Source of the DNA: Acanthaster planci
Taxonomy: Eukaryota
DNA: 64,000 bases
NCBI RefSeq assembly: GCF_001949145.1
Contig: NW_019091360.1
Span: 1,919,599-1,983,598 of the forward strand
Reading direction: 5' to 3'
A program made the translations under genes and the position numbers. Every line of letters starts with the position of its first letter. The first letter of the stretch is position 1. The notes under the pieces were generated by a model, which was given only the letters and a program-made list of their open reading frames with translations, did not search any database and was not told where the DNA came from. Below are positions 36,972 through 51,178 of this stretch, one piece after another.

Positions 36972-39900
36972 AAGAATGGGTGGTTATCTCATCGCTAGTT
37001 TTACATGCATTTACAAATGAGCATACAATCAGACCAATTTCATGACTCGCTACGACAGTTTGAAGGTGACATTTTCATGAACAATCGGTTTAGGTGCAAC
37101 TGTAAACGGTGAGCTGTGTTGCAGTGGGTGCATTTCCTCTTTAGGCCGAGTCCTGTGATCAGGGGACGGTACATTTCAGTTTGATCGAAGAACATTGCCC
37201 TTGAGTTGAGTTCCCAAACGCGAGATGTCCTTTGAGACTTGGGTAGCATCAGTCATTGGGACACGTGACATGCAACTGTCCCGTTCCATTCCAATCCTTG
37301 CCGATTCTGTGGACAATCGTCCCCCAAGGAAATGGTCCATCCCTTTAGACTTACCGCGATTCGTCGTACTCTGATTTTATAATCCTTGCTTGGTGAGCGC
37401 ACACACTCTTGCCTGTCCTCTGGCAGGGTTTTAAAAGAGAGACCAATAATCCTTCCCTCAAATAGTCCACGGACCTGCAACGGCACGTACACTCTCGAGC
37501 GGTTGAGAAAATATATTTAGGCTTGCTGTCTCTGCTAGAGGCAGTCGATGCCAGCCGTTATTCTGACCATCATTGGAAAGGTATACACTCTCAACCCCAT
37601 TGATATCTTAAAATAGTTATTGCATTTGCAAAATTTGGGAGATAATTTCTCCTTGACCTTTTGGTGTTGCATATAAGGGTTAAAATCTCGTTTGCCTAAC
37701 ATTATTTGTACAGACATTACTGTCGGCAAATCGATGGCAAAGTTTGACAGAAAGATCGCCTGAACAGTCATAATATCATTTGTCAGTCTTTCTCCTCTCG
37801 CTCCGTTTGTAGATTGGGAACGATAATACCCTGGATCTGTCAGCGGTGCTAGCCCATGCTTAAGTCTTCTATGCTACCGTCAGCGCTGCTGAAGGGTGTC
37901 ACTTGAAACAAACACATCGGGTAAGATGGTGAGACATAGAGGCGTTATGGGTGCTTGAGGCTGCGATGGTGTGACTTTATGAGGTACGGGCCGTCGGGGA
38001 TTTGTTCCTTGGAGGTGTGGCCGCCACTGTTCCATCCGAGCAGGAGATAGTGCACCAACGTGAATGTCTTTACAAGTCACCTGATGTCGACAAACTGCCT
38101 GCTATGGAGGGCTTTTCAGGCCACGGTATAGGCTGACTTATACTAGTGCACAGCCAAAAACAAAACATGAAGGCCGTGCCCGTTACTCCAACTGTATCAC
38201 ACACTTCTTTTAGCTTAAGGTATTTACATTTCCACCGTGAACTCGTAGATTTGTTGTGGGTGTCACGATTACAACAACCTAATTCGTTCTACTGCGCTGA
38301 AGATGCGGATTGCCAAATTACTAAAATGGTTGGCAGAGGATGAATTTCGTTTTTTTACGGGCTACTCGAGACGGACTTGTCACAAAGCATAATAAATGAG
38401 ATATTAGAAGGTGCGAATTGGAAATGGAATTCCATTCTAATATAAGTCTTACCAAGATAAAGAACTCTTGGGAACCAAGAGCAACATTTTTTTAAAATTC
38501 GGTCAGAAAATAAGGAGTGCTGCAGTATGATTGGGTAGGTTTTCCTTCCCCAGTTGGTGTGCAATACTCTCATGGTCAACAGAGGCCCTCAATCACATAG
38601 TTTCAAAAGCGACCAGAACCCAGCACTCCACCGACGGTCTGTTCATACGAAGTGTTCAATCTTCATGGTGGCAACTATGGGCCCCCTTACACCGAGGGAT
38701 CTTCTATAAACATACCCCCCCAAATGCAGTCTAGTTTTCTAGCTTTATTCTACTGCTTCCCGTTCCTATTGCGGATGACCTGCGGTGACGCTCCCCTCAC
38801 CGATTTCCCTTCGTTTCCCCTCACCACCCTTCCCTTGCCCCACTGCATTTCCTGGACACACCCATATTTATTGACCACCTACACCCCCCCCCGCTGCACG
38901 GCCTCGAATTACTCCTCTCTTAAATATACCAGCCATCTTATTTTTAGCGTCGGAGATCGTGTCATTGCCCACCTTTGCCCGTGCTCCTTGTTCTAGAATC
39001 ATCATCGGCGTTGCCCTTATCAGGATTTCCTCTTCTCTCTCCCCCTCTGCTGTGACTGCTGGGGACCGCATTGCGGTCAGTCGGTCTCCAGAGATCCAGG
39101 ACGAGCGCCTCTGAATCTTGAGCCATGCGAAGCCGGGAGCCTTCACGGTTCCCAAGTCCCCTTTCCTCTGAGCCGAGTTAATAGTGTCATGTCTTTGACA
39201 CAAACCAGCGCCCGTATCTCCCCTTCTCCGATTTCGACGCAATAAAAACGCGGCCTCATTCCGAGCTGCACGTATCTCTGTGTCGGTCTTCTTTTTTTTT
39301 TTAATTTTGGAAAATGTTTGATTCTCTCGTCGCGCCTGTGGCTCATTTCAGAATCTCTCATTTTTTTTCTCGTTGATTGCTTCGTAGCTATCAGCGAGGG
39401 GGTGGTCACGGCTTGGATTTTCGGAACACAGTGCGTGAATGAAACATCAATCCATGTGCCGATGATGACACGGTTTTATAATATTGAACGACTCTTGAAC
39501 AGAGCCGAGAGCGTCGTGTGTTTGACGTGTTTTTATATGCACAAAATGCCTTTTCTGTAGTGTCAGGTGATTATTCTGAAAAAGTACACCCGAGGAATAG
39601 CCAGCATTGTCAAAAACCCGGACAAGAGTTTAGCCCGTGCCAAATTCAAAGCGGTGCCCCCGAAAGTTGTAGTATGAGGATAGCAGAATATTTTCCTGGA
39701 GTCCTCGCGTCAAAATCTAGCTAACGTTTCCACGTATAGAAATTTCTGTGTCAGCAGTTATAAGTTTGCCTAATTTTTCGCTGCTACATTTTTTGGAGTA
39801 ATTATCTCACTCTCTGATGCAATTTTGGATATCAAGGATTTCGTTTGTAAGAAATGTTAGAGTTCAAATCACTGTGTTTACATGGCTCAAAATAAAAAAA

Positions 39901-41878
39901 GGGAGAATCTTAATTTTCAGCTTTTGAAGGATTTCCAAAAGCTTTTAATTGGGCTTTATAAGCTATGAAGGATATTTTGTTAAACAAAGGGGTAACGTTT
40001 ATACAAGGTTTCGGGCTCAGTTGTCGGCTCCTTCTATAATAGTGAGGTATCCAGCAGGGATATACGTTGTCATTTTTTTTATCGAAAGCCTGAACACTTT
40101 AGCAATGCGCCTGCATCTTCCTTCAGGGAAATCTTCTTGGGATAAGAAAAATTGACCGATTATTTCTGAAAACATCCAACTTCTGCCTTTCCCCGACTAA
40201 CAACCTGGATAGGCCACTGCGCTGTCGCACGCCGTCCTGCTTACATTTTATGCATGAATTCACATCAGGCTTAGTGCAGCTTCCACAAGATCTGAAAAAT
40301 CGGGTCCTTGTAACATTGACAAGACCTGAAAATACATCTTTTCCTGGATCATTTCTGGTATCCCTGGATCTTTTTTTTTTCCCCTTCTGGGTTTTTCCCC
40401 TAGTTTGGTGTCTCTTGCTCCGGGGATCACCACACCTCTGCTATGTTGTCAAGTCCCCACTACGTGATTTGAAGGTGAATCCCCCACTGCCGTGCATCTG
40501 TGTCGCTCGACTCCCGAGTTTTCCGTGCCAGATTGTTATTTCCCTGCTCGCCCAACCGTCACCTGAATTAATCGACTTCATTATAGCTGGTGACGTGAGG
40601 GAGGGAACACTTGTGATAGCGGATCCATATTTCAACAACTTTTCAATTTTTAAAGAGCACGCGGCCAGGGATGCAAGGAGCGGCTTTGGCCCCCTTTTCT
40701 TCTCCCGTCGTTCCGCGCCGATGTCTCGCCCACGCCACGAGGCGCGAGCTGCCCGATTGCCGGGCTCGCGGTGGGCTCCCTACGGTACTAATGAATAGCT
40801 GATTACACACATTTGGTGAAATTTGCGCCTCCCGGAGGAGCGAAAGCGACACGCCACAAATGCTCGCCTTGTTGGACGCGCTCCTTCCCCGCCAAGTGTA
40901 CGTCATTCGGGACAGCACTTTCGGACGTGCAGATCATACAAGACGCCGCATGCGGGGTGGACCCCGCTCAGTCTATCGCAACGGTTGGAAGCCCGTGGTA
41001 GATGTGGTCTACACGGTGGAAACACGAGCCCTCCAACGGGAGGGGAGCCGAGGTGTTGCCTGCACCATTGCACTCTGCACCAAATGAGGTTTATTTGGCG
41101 GGAAAACGTGACATCCTTACCAAAAAACCATCACCCTCTCGGCCTCCCAAACATCTGTTGTATCGTCTGTGGGCTGGCTACATGACGGGGCTCTACGCCA
41201 TAGTACTCCACTCAAGCGGGACCGCTGCATAAAAGCTCAGCCCGGCTCCCCCTCTCCTGCGGAGGGGTTCCCCTCTCAACACCTCGGAATGGCGATGAGT
41301 AAAAGGCCTCATTGGCGTAATGACCGTTAATTCGAGGTGCTGCATGAATAAGCGATGCCAGCGCCGGAGCTGTGCCATCATCAACTCGGCGTAATTTTCC
41401 GCGTCTGTGATTACGGCCAATCTGCAGCCCTAATGGCAACGAGGGTGCGCACTTCCAAATGGCCATTTTAATTTGGCTACTTAATGGCGGGAAGAATATC
41501 ATGATTATCATCCGAAATGACAGTTTGGAGGGGCCTGAGCGTGGAGTTGAACTGATGGCAAGGAGGTGTGATGTAGAAAGTGAACTTGCAATAATAGGAG
41601 GACATTTACCGGGGCGGTGGCCGAATCGTCTGCTTTATTAGGTTAACATGCCCAGACCTCAATTATTCTGCCGTCTCGACTTAGCTGTCTATACGTCGAT
41701 AACATCAACTGAATTAAAGGAGCCTCTTTTGCTATCTTGGTTGGTTCCCGTCGATACCATGCTGACAACAGTCATAACAGAAATTAAACCCTTGTTGCAA
41801 CAAGGAGGCCTCGTGCATTCTCGCAAACATTTTACAATACGGGCGTTTCACAATAGTGCGCCTCCAAGAGTTTGAGAC

Positions 41879-41968
41879 GCGTTGGCCAATCACAATGCAC
41901 AAAACCTGTCGACCGAATGCGCGTTTGGAAAGGGTCCACAGATTCCGCTCGTTGTGATTGGCCAACGC
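41879..41968. repeat. Perfect 17-bp inverted repeat with a 56-nt spacer (probable MITE relic)
   Basis: gcgttggccaatcacaa (41879-41895) and ttgtgattggccaacgc (41952-41968). Confidence 0.8.
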
Positions 41969-44900
41969 ATTGCAAACTATCTTGGAGGTGCACTATTGTA
42001 AATCGCCCGTATTAGTTTCGTAGCTGCAAATTCAAAGGCCTTTTTATGACAAGTCTTGAGCAAACTTTGTTCTCTATAAATTTTGCTTGACACAGATTTA
42101 AGGGGAAAATGGGAGGACATTTACCGGGAAGAAGAGTAGTGGAATGAGGAAACTGACCACTGCTTGCTTGACCAACGTTAACTTTCACATACCTTGGACG
42201 ACTCCATAATTTCTTACACATTAATATTTTCACACCAAAATGGCAATAATGGCCCAGGAAATTCAATAAAGTTACACAGAAGTACTGAATATCTCTTTAC
42301 GTTACATTATGGCTTTGACAGCTTATCCGGTGTTTCGCTTAATTTTTTTTAATTCAAGCTTTCACTGCGTGGACTTGAAGAGTTTCTGCATCTCGTCCAA
42401 TCTGCTCATCATCCAGCACCCAGGAACCTGTGCTTTCCAGAAATGTGGTGTAAATTTGACACGCCTGGTACAGGAGCAGATCAAGGCCACTGGTCCTATC
42501 AATGGTGTTCAATTTTACACCGCAGTTTTTGCACTGCAAAAGGACATAAGTAAGGACAAAACTGCACATAAATATCAGTGATGCAACGTCAGGAAATCGC
42601 ACCGTAATTGGTAGTCATGCTTCGACTGATTAGACTGGTACACAGCGTTTTACGGTTCCATCGTGAAACTACATAGGAATTCTGAGAGCGCTTGCTCCTT
42701 GTCACCGCTTGGTGGCGTGCTCTGCAATGCACTGAGATGGCGTTGAGAGTTCTGGACGTGTGCTTTCCGCGCCTTTCTCAGATAACGCCAACATTTTCAT
42801 TTAAGAATTTAGAGACCGAGAAACTTCTTGAGAATTTATGTACCATTTATTGCCCTCCGTAACATTTTCCTCGCATAATATCCCCTTCAAGTAGGTTATA
42901 AACACAACATCGGTACTTCTGTAACTGCGAGAACGGCTATAGATTGCGGGAAAAGCCGGCTCCCCGCTCCTGGTCCCTTGCGACACCTTGTCCTAGCTAC
43001 TTTCCCAACAGTAACAACCGTGGAGGCTGTAGAAGTAAGCTGTTGCTATCTGACGAATTGCTTTCAAGACTGTTGTACCAGTTGCCTATGGCTTTACAGT
43101 AATCGAGAGGAAAGCGAGATTCCCCGTCATCGTCCCAGAAGCCACCAATAGGCTCTGATCTCTCAAGATGGTGTGATGGTGCTGGTGAGAGACAGGTAAG
43201 TTATAAGCAATTTAAAAGATGAAAATAAGACAACAGCGTCATGGCCCTCTTCCGCGAACAAGCGCCCTCTATGACAATTAATTAGAAACCCGCAAGACTG
43301 AAAAAAAGGTTTCTATCAATCCGATGTGATGAAATCCTGGACAACTTAGGCCTACCAAAAACAAATTAATAAATAAAAAAATACGCAGTCATGTTTTTTT
43401 CAAACGAAACGGGTTTTTATTCTTACATAAAACCCTTTCTTTAATAAAGAGTCCCCATCTCTAAGAAAAATGTCGGCTTAAAGCCTTATCAACAACTTTT
43501 CGTTTATCTTCAGACCCTCACAAAGCCATCGGAGTTTTCTTTTTGTACTTTCAACGAGGATTTGCAATCATCAACTGAGTTTCGTTCGTCTCCCTTATCA
43601 TCACTGTCCAACGCTCTTGCAGAAAAAAAAGAATATAAATCACATTTTGTTCCCAGAGAGCCCGGTCGGTGACGTGGCCTTTCGTCGGGTCTGCAATCTG
43701 ACCTCTTGCAAATCATATCAAAATTTGATGATATCTTAGGGGAGATTGTTTCTGTGAGCGGGGAAGTTTTTCTCTATGGTGTCTCTCTCCATGTGCGTCT
43801 TTCTATCTGAGTCTCTAACTAACTCGACTGGTCCAATGTAGTCCCGTATAAAGTCTCCAGATGCCATCACTCGTCGACGATCTGTACCTCCAGGTCAACG
43901 GCTCAATAACCCCTTGGCCGGAGTCTACTTCCCATCCCATCCTTCAAATAGCCCCGGGCTGCCATCTTAGCCTTATGTATTGTGACAGGCAATATCCTTC
44001 AATTTGTGGTGATGTCGGCCCTCGTTGTGCGAAGATTTCAAGTTCGGTGGGGGCGCCTAATGCGTTGCATGTGCAAACATTGTGCAACCCGCCATGGTGC
44101 TGACTGGAACCATGTCTGACGTAAAAAGTACATTGTGACCGAACGCCAATGGGTGATAAGGCGACCAAAAATGCCGGAATTTGTCAGAAAAGGACCATTC
44201 GAACGGGGCTAAAATATCGACATTACATGCAAACATTACCTCGTGGAAATGTTATCAAAAATGATAATAATTAAAGGGGGAGTAAGACGCTTGACCGTAG
44301 AGTACATGTATATAGAAATCTATGACGGCCATGAAGGGACACATAATTTTGAATTGATTTATATGTATAAATTACATTTTTATTATTAGCAAAAATTGTG
44401 AAATAATTTATTGTGTCCTTCAGAAATGTCAGATTTCAAATGTCTATGTCCTTCAAATTCGCGGACGGACCCACGTTTAGGCCCCTATCTCCATATTCCT
44501 CGACACAAAAATCCAATCATGTCCCGGGTTAGGAGATATCCTTGATGTGCCTGTCTGCAGGTGGGTCCTCGACTATCCTCTCATGGGTCCTCGGTTGGCT
44601 GTTCCTGTCCTCGATAAGTAATGAGAGCCACAACAGAAGTCATGCGAAGTAGACTAGAGGAATTACTGCATGTGAATATATTATGTGCTTTGATTAGAAG
44701 TGGATTCAGAAAAAACAGATGTGATTTCAATGTAAAACTTGTTTGGGATTGGACTAGATATAGAAGGAGCTCTACCGGTACAATTTTTTTCTGAAAAGTG
44801 TAATTATTTTCATGTGAATGATACCTTGTGTTGAATTTCCATCTTGGAAATTGGACGCAGTGCAGCGATGAGTGAAAGCAGCGTTTCGTATGAAGACTAC

Positions 44901-47900
44901 TAACTGGTCACCCCCAGCTGCATTCAGGTAGACATAATAACGGCCCACGGAAATATCGTATTTCAGCACAGGACGCAATATATACGCGCTGCAACAAGAT
45001 CAGGAGGCTGACTGCATCAACTTAGCCGGGACGGGGAAATGGGTTCGTTAGGGACTGGTGACTTACACGTCACTTCGCAGCACCCCTGCCACGTCTGCTA
45101 GGTAAAGGGGGGGGGGCAGCTTGGACCGTGAACTTACAGCGCCCCGGCCGTTGACTTTCGGCAGCATCTGGGGGCGGGACACACGGTTAGCGTTTTCGAT
45201 GAGGAAAAAAAGAATGGGGTCAATCAGTGCTGAGGGTTGCGGGTAGACTTCAACAGCGCGACCACAGTATGAGTGGATTTTTAAGTTGTGAAGTAAACAG
45301 CGTCGTATCTTCTGGCAAATGCTCAGCAAAACCATGGAAGAAGGACACAAACATGCCAACATGACGACACAGAGACACGAACTTCTGCATGAGTGTGAAT
45401 TGTAATCCACATTAAAATATAGCAACAATGACAGTGTGAATCTGTACACCATTTGGGGGGAATAAACTATCGTTAATTTCTGAGGAGGTTTCACTTGCTC
45501 CAAAAGCTACTACAGCGTCTTGCAAATTCATGACTACTGGGAAGTTTTTCGCTTCATTTAGTCTTTTTTTTCGCAGCAAAAGAAATAAGAAATCCCATTT
45601 TAAGCGGCGTGACTTCAATTAGCATCAATGAGAAGGGCGCCCTCTTTTTATATTTTGAAAGCGCGGCAAATTTCGGACGTGCTTTGCTTTATTCCGGCTT
45701 GTCAGAAGTATGGCCTGACAAGATCGGCTAATTAAACGGTTTGGCGTCAAACCCGCCAGGGACGTTATTGCTGCTGCTGCTCACCCTTTAATGTCTTCCA
45801 CCTGGTCAATCCATATCGCTGTCACAATCGTTTTGGCGCGTAAATGTCACAACAACTGGTGGGCCGTCGGGGAGGGGGGTGGATGTCGTCTGCCGACACG
45901 CCAGAACGCTTGGTCTCTCGCCTCACCGCTCAATTTCCCCAGGATGGGCCGAGACCGGTCGGCCTCCTGGCAACGCCCAGCAGAACAATCTCCCGTCTCA
46001 TCCGCAAGGCGTGACGTCACCGCTCGCTGACGATGAGCACGCGAGTCGGGACGGAAATCAGCACTATTCTGCACCCTGTTTGTGTTGGTGTGGCGGGTCT
46101 CCATTCCGACAATTTGTCATGACTTGTGCTTAATACAAGTTAAATTAGAGGATGCTCAGACCACCCACGTCACCATGACTGCAGGATGAAAAAGACGAAT
46201 AAAAAATAAGAATGCAGTTTATTTATACGTTGTTAAACTTCACTTAGTTATTGGTCTATTTAAACTTACCGTCTGTCTCGTCTCGAATCCACTGTCTTGA
46301 CTCATGTGCCGAAAATACCTGAGCAGAAAGGCGACTGGTCCAATCTTTTTCTTGGTTGAGGGGAACCAAAAGTAGGGAAAACTATAAATGATAAAATCTT
46401 ACACTGTAAAACATTCATGTTCAATAAAAGAGCCACCATCAGGCTGCAACATCCGAATTTCAAAAGTGACCGATCGTCTGTGAATTTAATGTCATGTGGC
46501 CTGTATTTGAGGATTACTTCTATCAAAGGGAACGGACAAAGACAGTAGAATAATGCCAAGAATGCACCAGGCGAAGCTGAGCCGGGCCATTCTGGGTGCA
46601 TTATTTGACTTAAATACGTCACCCTATAACTATATGTTGTCCCCAAAAAAGGGAACAACGAGTGTCGATTCGTACTAATGCATTAGAACAATGAGATAAA
46701 TTCGATCCGTTGTCCGATGTTGCCTAGCTTTGCTAAACTTTACCACTGGCCTAACAATGTTGCGCTTATCCTTTAGGCTTTTCTGTTTATAAATGTTAAC
46801 CCTTCGCCTGGGTGCACAAGCTTTGTTCCATTCATCAACATGCACGTTTTGTCAGAAGAAACACTGAGAGTCATACAAAATACAGTCAGCTCTGCTGAAT
46901 TACACACACTCTTCTGCAATGTCTCTTAAATACAAAATGGTGTCATACGTGATGTGCTATGCTAAACTTACCAGACTAAAACAACTATTTCATGCGACAG
47001 ATGTGATTACGTGAGATCGAGGATTGTGATACCGATCATATGGAAGTTTGCCGGGCAGCTTGATTCGGAACTTTTCATTGACCACTCAAATGACGACCAC
47101 TTACCTGGACAGTTTGTTCTGTGGATAATACATCCAAATGCCCACCTACTGCATGACACTAATTCGTTTTGGAAAATACGCACCACTGGAATTCCACACG
47201 AGGAAGTATTGATCGGTAAGTTTCTTGCAGACAGTTCGATTGATTCAGTTTAACTGTTTCATAAAATTATTATCGAACGGTATTTTGTTTACGGGCCATT
47301 ACTAAAAACTGCATGAAATTAAAGTCAATCGCAGTAAAAATTAGAAATGAACATTTAAAAACAGCAAAGAAAAGTGAATCGAACAAACACTCGGAAGAGA
47401 AAATGTGACTTTTTTGAAAACCGTTACAAGGCCAATTTCAAAATACAAAAAGCAAAGACAATATTAAAAAAAAATTAATATTATAAAATCGGAATGATGC
47501 ATTTTAATAAGAGAAACAAGAAAGAAACAACATTGAAAATAAGGAGAATCAAAAGGAATATGGAGTATTTTATACCATTTTACTTAAACTGAAGACTGAC
47601 ATCTGCTTCGAAAAATTAAAAAAGAGAGAGAGGGCGGCACATTGAAAGAAAAAAAATGCACAGATGAGAAGTCGTTGGGAAACGGAATCAAAATGCCGAC
47701 AGACAACGTTAATACATGTAGTACAAGGTCACAAAAATTCTGAATTTCACGGCGAATTCGAAAAAGTTTCATGGAGGAGTATTTTATTTGCAGCAGATCT
47801 AGGTCATTTTCCCTCGTTTTGAATTTGATTTTCGATATTTTCGGGATTTTTCGTCAGTGAAATCTTGCCAAATTTTTTATTAAAAAATTAACTCCAACTT

Positions 47901-50900
47901 GTACATTTCACGGAAAGAAATGGACAGTCAGTAGACTTGTAAGAATAATCTACTGTTTGTAACTGTCGATTTGTTAGAAATCTAGAGTAAATTCTACAAC
48001 TCGACAAAAATTATATACACCTTAATGAGTACAGTGACGTCAGAAGAATGCAGTTTAATATTGCCCCGAACTTGTCAATGAATACCGAAACAACCATAAA
48101 TTTACTGTGACCTTTATTCGTTCTGCGCATCACTTCATGTGGAAATGCATTCGTTACGGTACAGCTCCCACAGAAGCTATTTTCATGATTGAGTCGGGAC
48201 GACTTGATTGGTTGCCCAATGCCCAATTATGTATCGATTCCCCCCACACACCAGCTTGTGTTCCCGTGGTTTGTATGTACAGGAATTGTGTCAGTGTGTA
48301 TGGTAGTAAATCAGCACACAAGTTTGAAAAGTAGTGGTTTTCATAATGCAAAGTGGAATTACAGTGACTCGTACGACTAAAAATGTACTATTGTGATTAC
48401 AAGCCCAGTAGGCCTACTGGAACTTCAAATGCCACCATATTGGACTTTTCATTACCACTTGTCCTTTCGTACTAAACTATCTCATCGACTTTACACATAA
48501 AGTCTAAAAACTGCGAGCGATTTCCTTTAACAAGAAGGGAAAAGTGTTGGAGGTCATTGACATAATGCCATGTCCATAAAGTGTTAATTACACGTGACTA
48601 GTAACGCCGAGCGACATCCGCATCATCGTTCCACTAATCAGCCGCAATCCTGTTGTGGTGCGTGGTCGATACCGATCCCTCCTATTAACTAATGGCACAT
48701 TTGGCAGAGCGACACATTTCCTTTCAGCCATCCTCCGGAGCGCAAAGATCAGGCGGCCTGGGTAGGCGGGATCGATCAGCTCTGCTCACCTCCAGTCAGA
48801 TTGTTTCCCCCCGCCAAAAGTCGATGGACTTGGGAAACCTCTGTTGTCCAGACATCGGCAATTGAAAGGTATCCCTTTGCCCGCCGCCCTCACCCCCGCC
48901 ACCAAAGACTAAACCGGCTGCGATTGCAATTAACGCACGGTTCGATGGATGGACGGGGCCAGAGCTTTTTTCCTCACCAGGACTTATACGGTGGTCTTTA
49001 AAAGACACCATCAACTTTCAACTTCCTATGATTACATTATCTCTGAGATAAAGCATCTCCTGATTGCGCATGACTACGAATAAAGTCTAATCTTCTGATT
49101 TAAAACATTTTATAATATTATCAAAATGTTCGGTGACTGGTTTGATTTTCAAAATTACTCTCGAAATGCAGCATTTTGTTTATCTTGTTGCTATGTTCCA
49201 ACTATATATTTACTTGATCTGAAATATACATAATGCACAAAACCACCTGGGTCTTAGAAATTACTTTCCTTTGTGTGGAAACTCAAAAGGTAGTTCTCTC
49301 TACCACTCAGTGTGGATGTAAAATGTTAGATTCAGTCGTGAAAATACTGGATTGTGTCCAATTGAACTCTGCGTCTACGTGTTATTTCGCTATTTTAAGG
49401 ATATTCTGCTAACTTTCTTTTTGGTTTGTGTGCTGACGGTTTTCATAGTCATGCACAAAAGTATATAATACAATCCCAAAACCTTCATTCAAGAGCTACT
49501 TCGGTACAGCAAGTTTGGATGCGTATAAATTTCCTTTCTTTCAAATTCTTTTGTGATTGATTGTTGTCTAAGTTGACGGCATTAAATCAGTGGTAAGATC
49601 CCTCCTCACAAATTTTTCACTTTCAGTGAGCAGATTCTGAGATTAGTCCTAACAAGGTGCATTTTTGGAAAATATCTGACATGGTCCCAAATTTCAAAAC
49701 CTACTTACATGAGTTTTGGTTGTTTTCGTTTATGTTTGTGAATATTTACACAAAAAGAATGCCTTCTTTCTAATCTACCTTTATACAGTAATGTTTCAGT
49801 GTATTTATTTAATACCTATTTCACTTTTTCCAACGCAGTTGATAAAGCTAAACATTTCAGTATCAGAAACGCACAGGCTGAATCTTAAATTAGACTCTCG
49901 TACAACCCGACATAAAGTCATAAGAGACGTCAAAGATTGTTGGAGCAAGGACCAGTCTGTGACAAACTTAAGGGTTTCAAATTAAAAGAGTTGATAAAGG
50001 CCCGCTTTTCAGATCATTTGGTCAATAAGGAATGTCACGGTCAAATAACTTCAAAGCATTTCAGAGCAGTAAAGTTCCCTTTCATTCACCGTACCAAAGA
50101 ACTGCAACCTAATGTTTGGGCTCGGGGTCATAGTTTCCAGGTCGCTTGCCTCTTCCGTCTGAGATGTTCACTTGTGGTATCCGTAGGTTTCAGGCGAATG
50201 ACCGGATCAGTACACTGCTTTGCCTCGAAGGACACATATGGGCAAAGAGTTATTGTCGGTCTGCATGTGTTTGCCACGTATTTCATGACGTCTGCTCGGC
50301 AACGGGGCTGTTGGGTATAGTTAGGGGTGAACACACGCTGACTTAAAGGGACAGTCGTTGGAGATGGCGTAGGGTAGGTTTGCACCCTGCACTTTCATTA
50401 CCCTGCTTCAAACAAGTGGCCCTTGCTAATGGGCGCGCAAAGAACCCTTCAATAATTACTTTTAACATATTGTATGAAAATGTTCGTCGACTTTAGCAAA
50501 ATTTCTCCCTTTTTTATTAATGTGCTGTGATTAGCGATTAGTTTATTTGGTGAGCGGAGCTCTTGACAACAGTGTATCATTATCGGGCATTTTGGGTTCT
50601 ATGAGAGATGTTTGTCTTCAGACTTCCATGAATTTAGGTACAGTGTTTTCAACCATCCTTAGGCACAGTTCATTACACAACACAAGGCTCTGACACGAAG
50701 GCAGTACTTCCGATTCTTTAAGAAAATTTTGTGTGGCGTTATGCTCCTAAAATCGACCTTTGAACAGTTGGAGAGTTCAGGGCCGGATTCCAGGGGTGAA
50801 GGCAGAGCGGGTATATCTAGGGCTGGCTCCCACAAGAACACCCAGCGTGTCGAATGCCAGCGTTGATATCTGAAGAGGCTGTCTTCGATGCGATTGTGTA

Positions 50901-51104
50901 TGGCCCCAAGCAGACCTAGAGAGGGCGCGATTTTCTACTGTAACGCAAGCTCTTTTGGTGGGAACTGCACTTCGTTGGTTCACAAACGACTATGAAATGC
51001 ATGCTTTGCGGTCACGTCGCTAACAACCAAAATGATCACTTCCCACCAACATGGCTCTTTTCAATCGATGGAGGGGGGCTTCTGCTCAACGCGGATTGAC
51101 CGTG

Positions 51105-51178
51105 GTTTGCTTGAGTTTGATTTGGTTTGTCTTGCTTTGGTTTGACTTTAGTTTGGATTGGAATGATTTGGTTTGATT
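51105..51178. repeat. Degenerate pentanucleotide repeat (TTTGG/TTTGA-like)
   Basis: gtttgcttgagtttgatttggtttgtcttgctttggtttgactttagtttggattgg... Confidence 0.75.

Noticed and set aside
37600..39840. Inverted similarity between about 37600-37660 and about 39795-39840 (ggag.aattatctc...atgcaat...gatatcaa) as the ends of one large element
   Set aside because: The match is short and gapped, with no definable termini or TSD. At most it is an old repeat relic.
40250..40798. 182-aa ORF
   Set aside because: No recognisable motif. It runs through a T tract and a GC-rich island where stop codons are scarce.
46159..46167. Exact Gli site GACCACCCA
   Set aside because: A single 9-mer is compatible with chance and has no supporting cluster.
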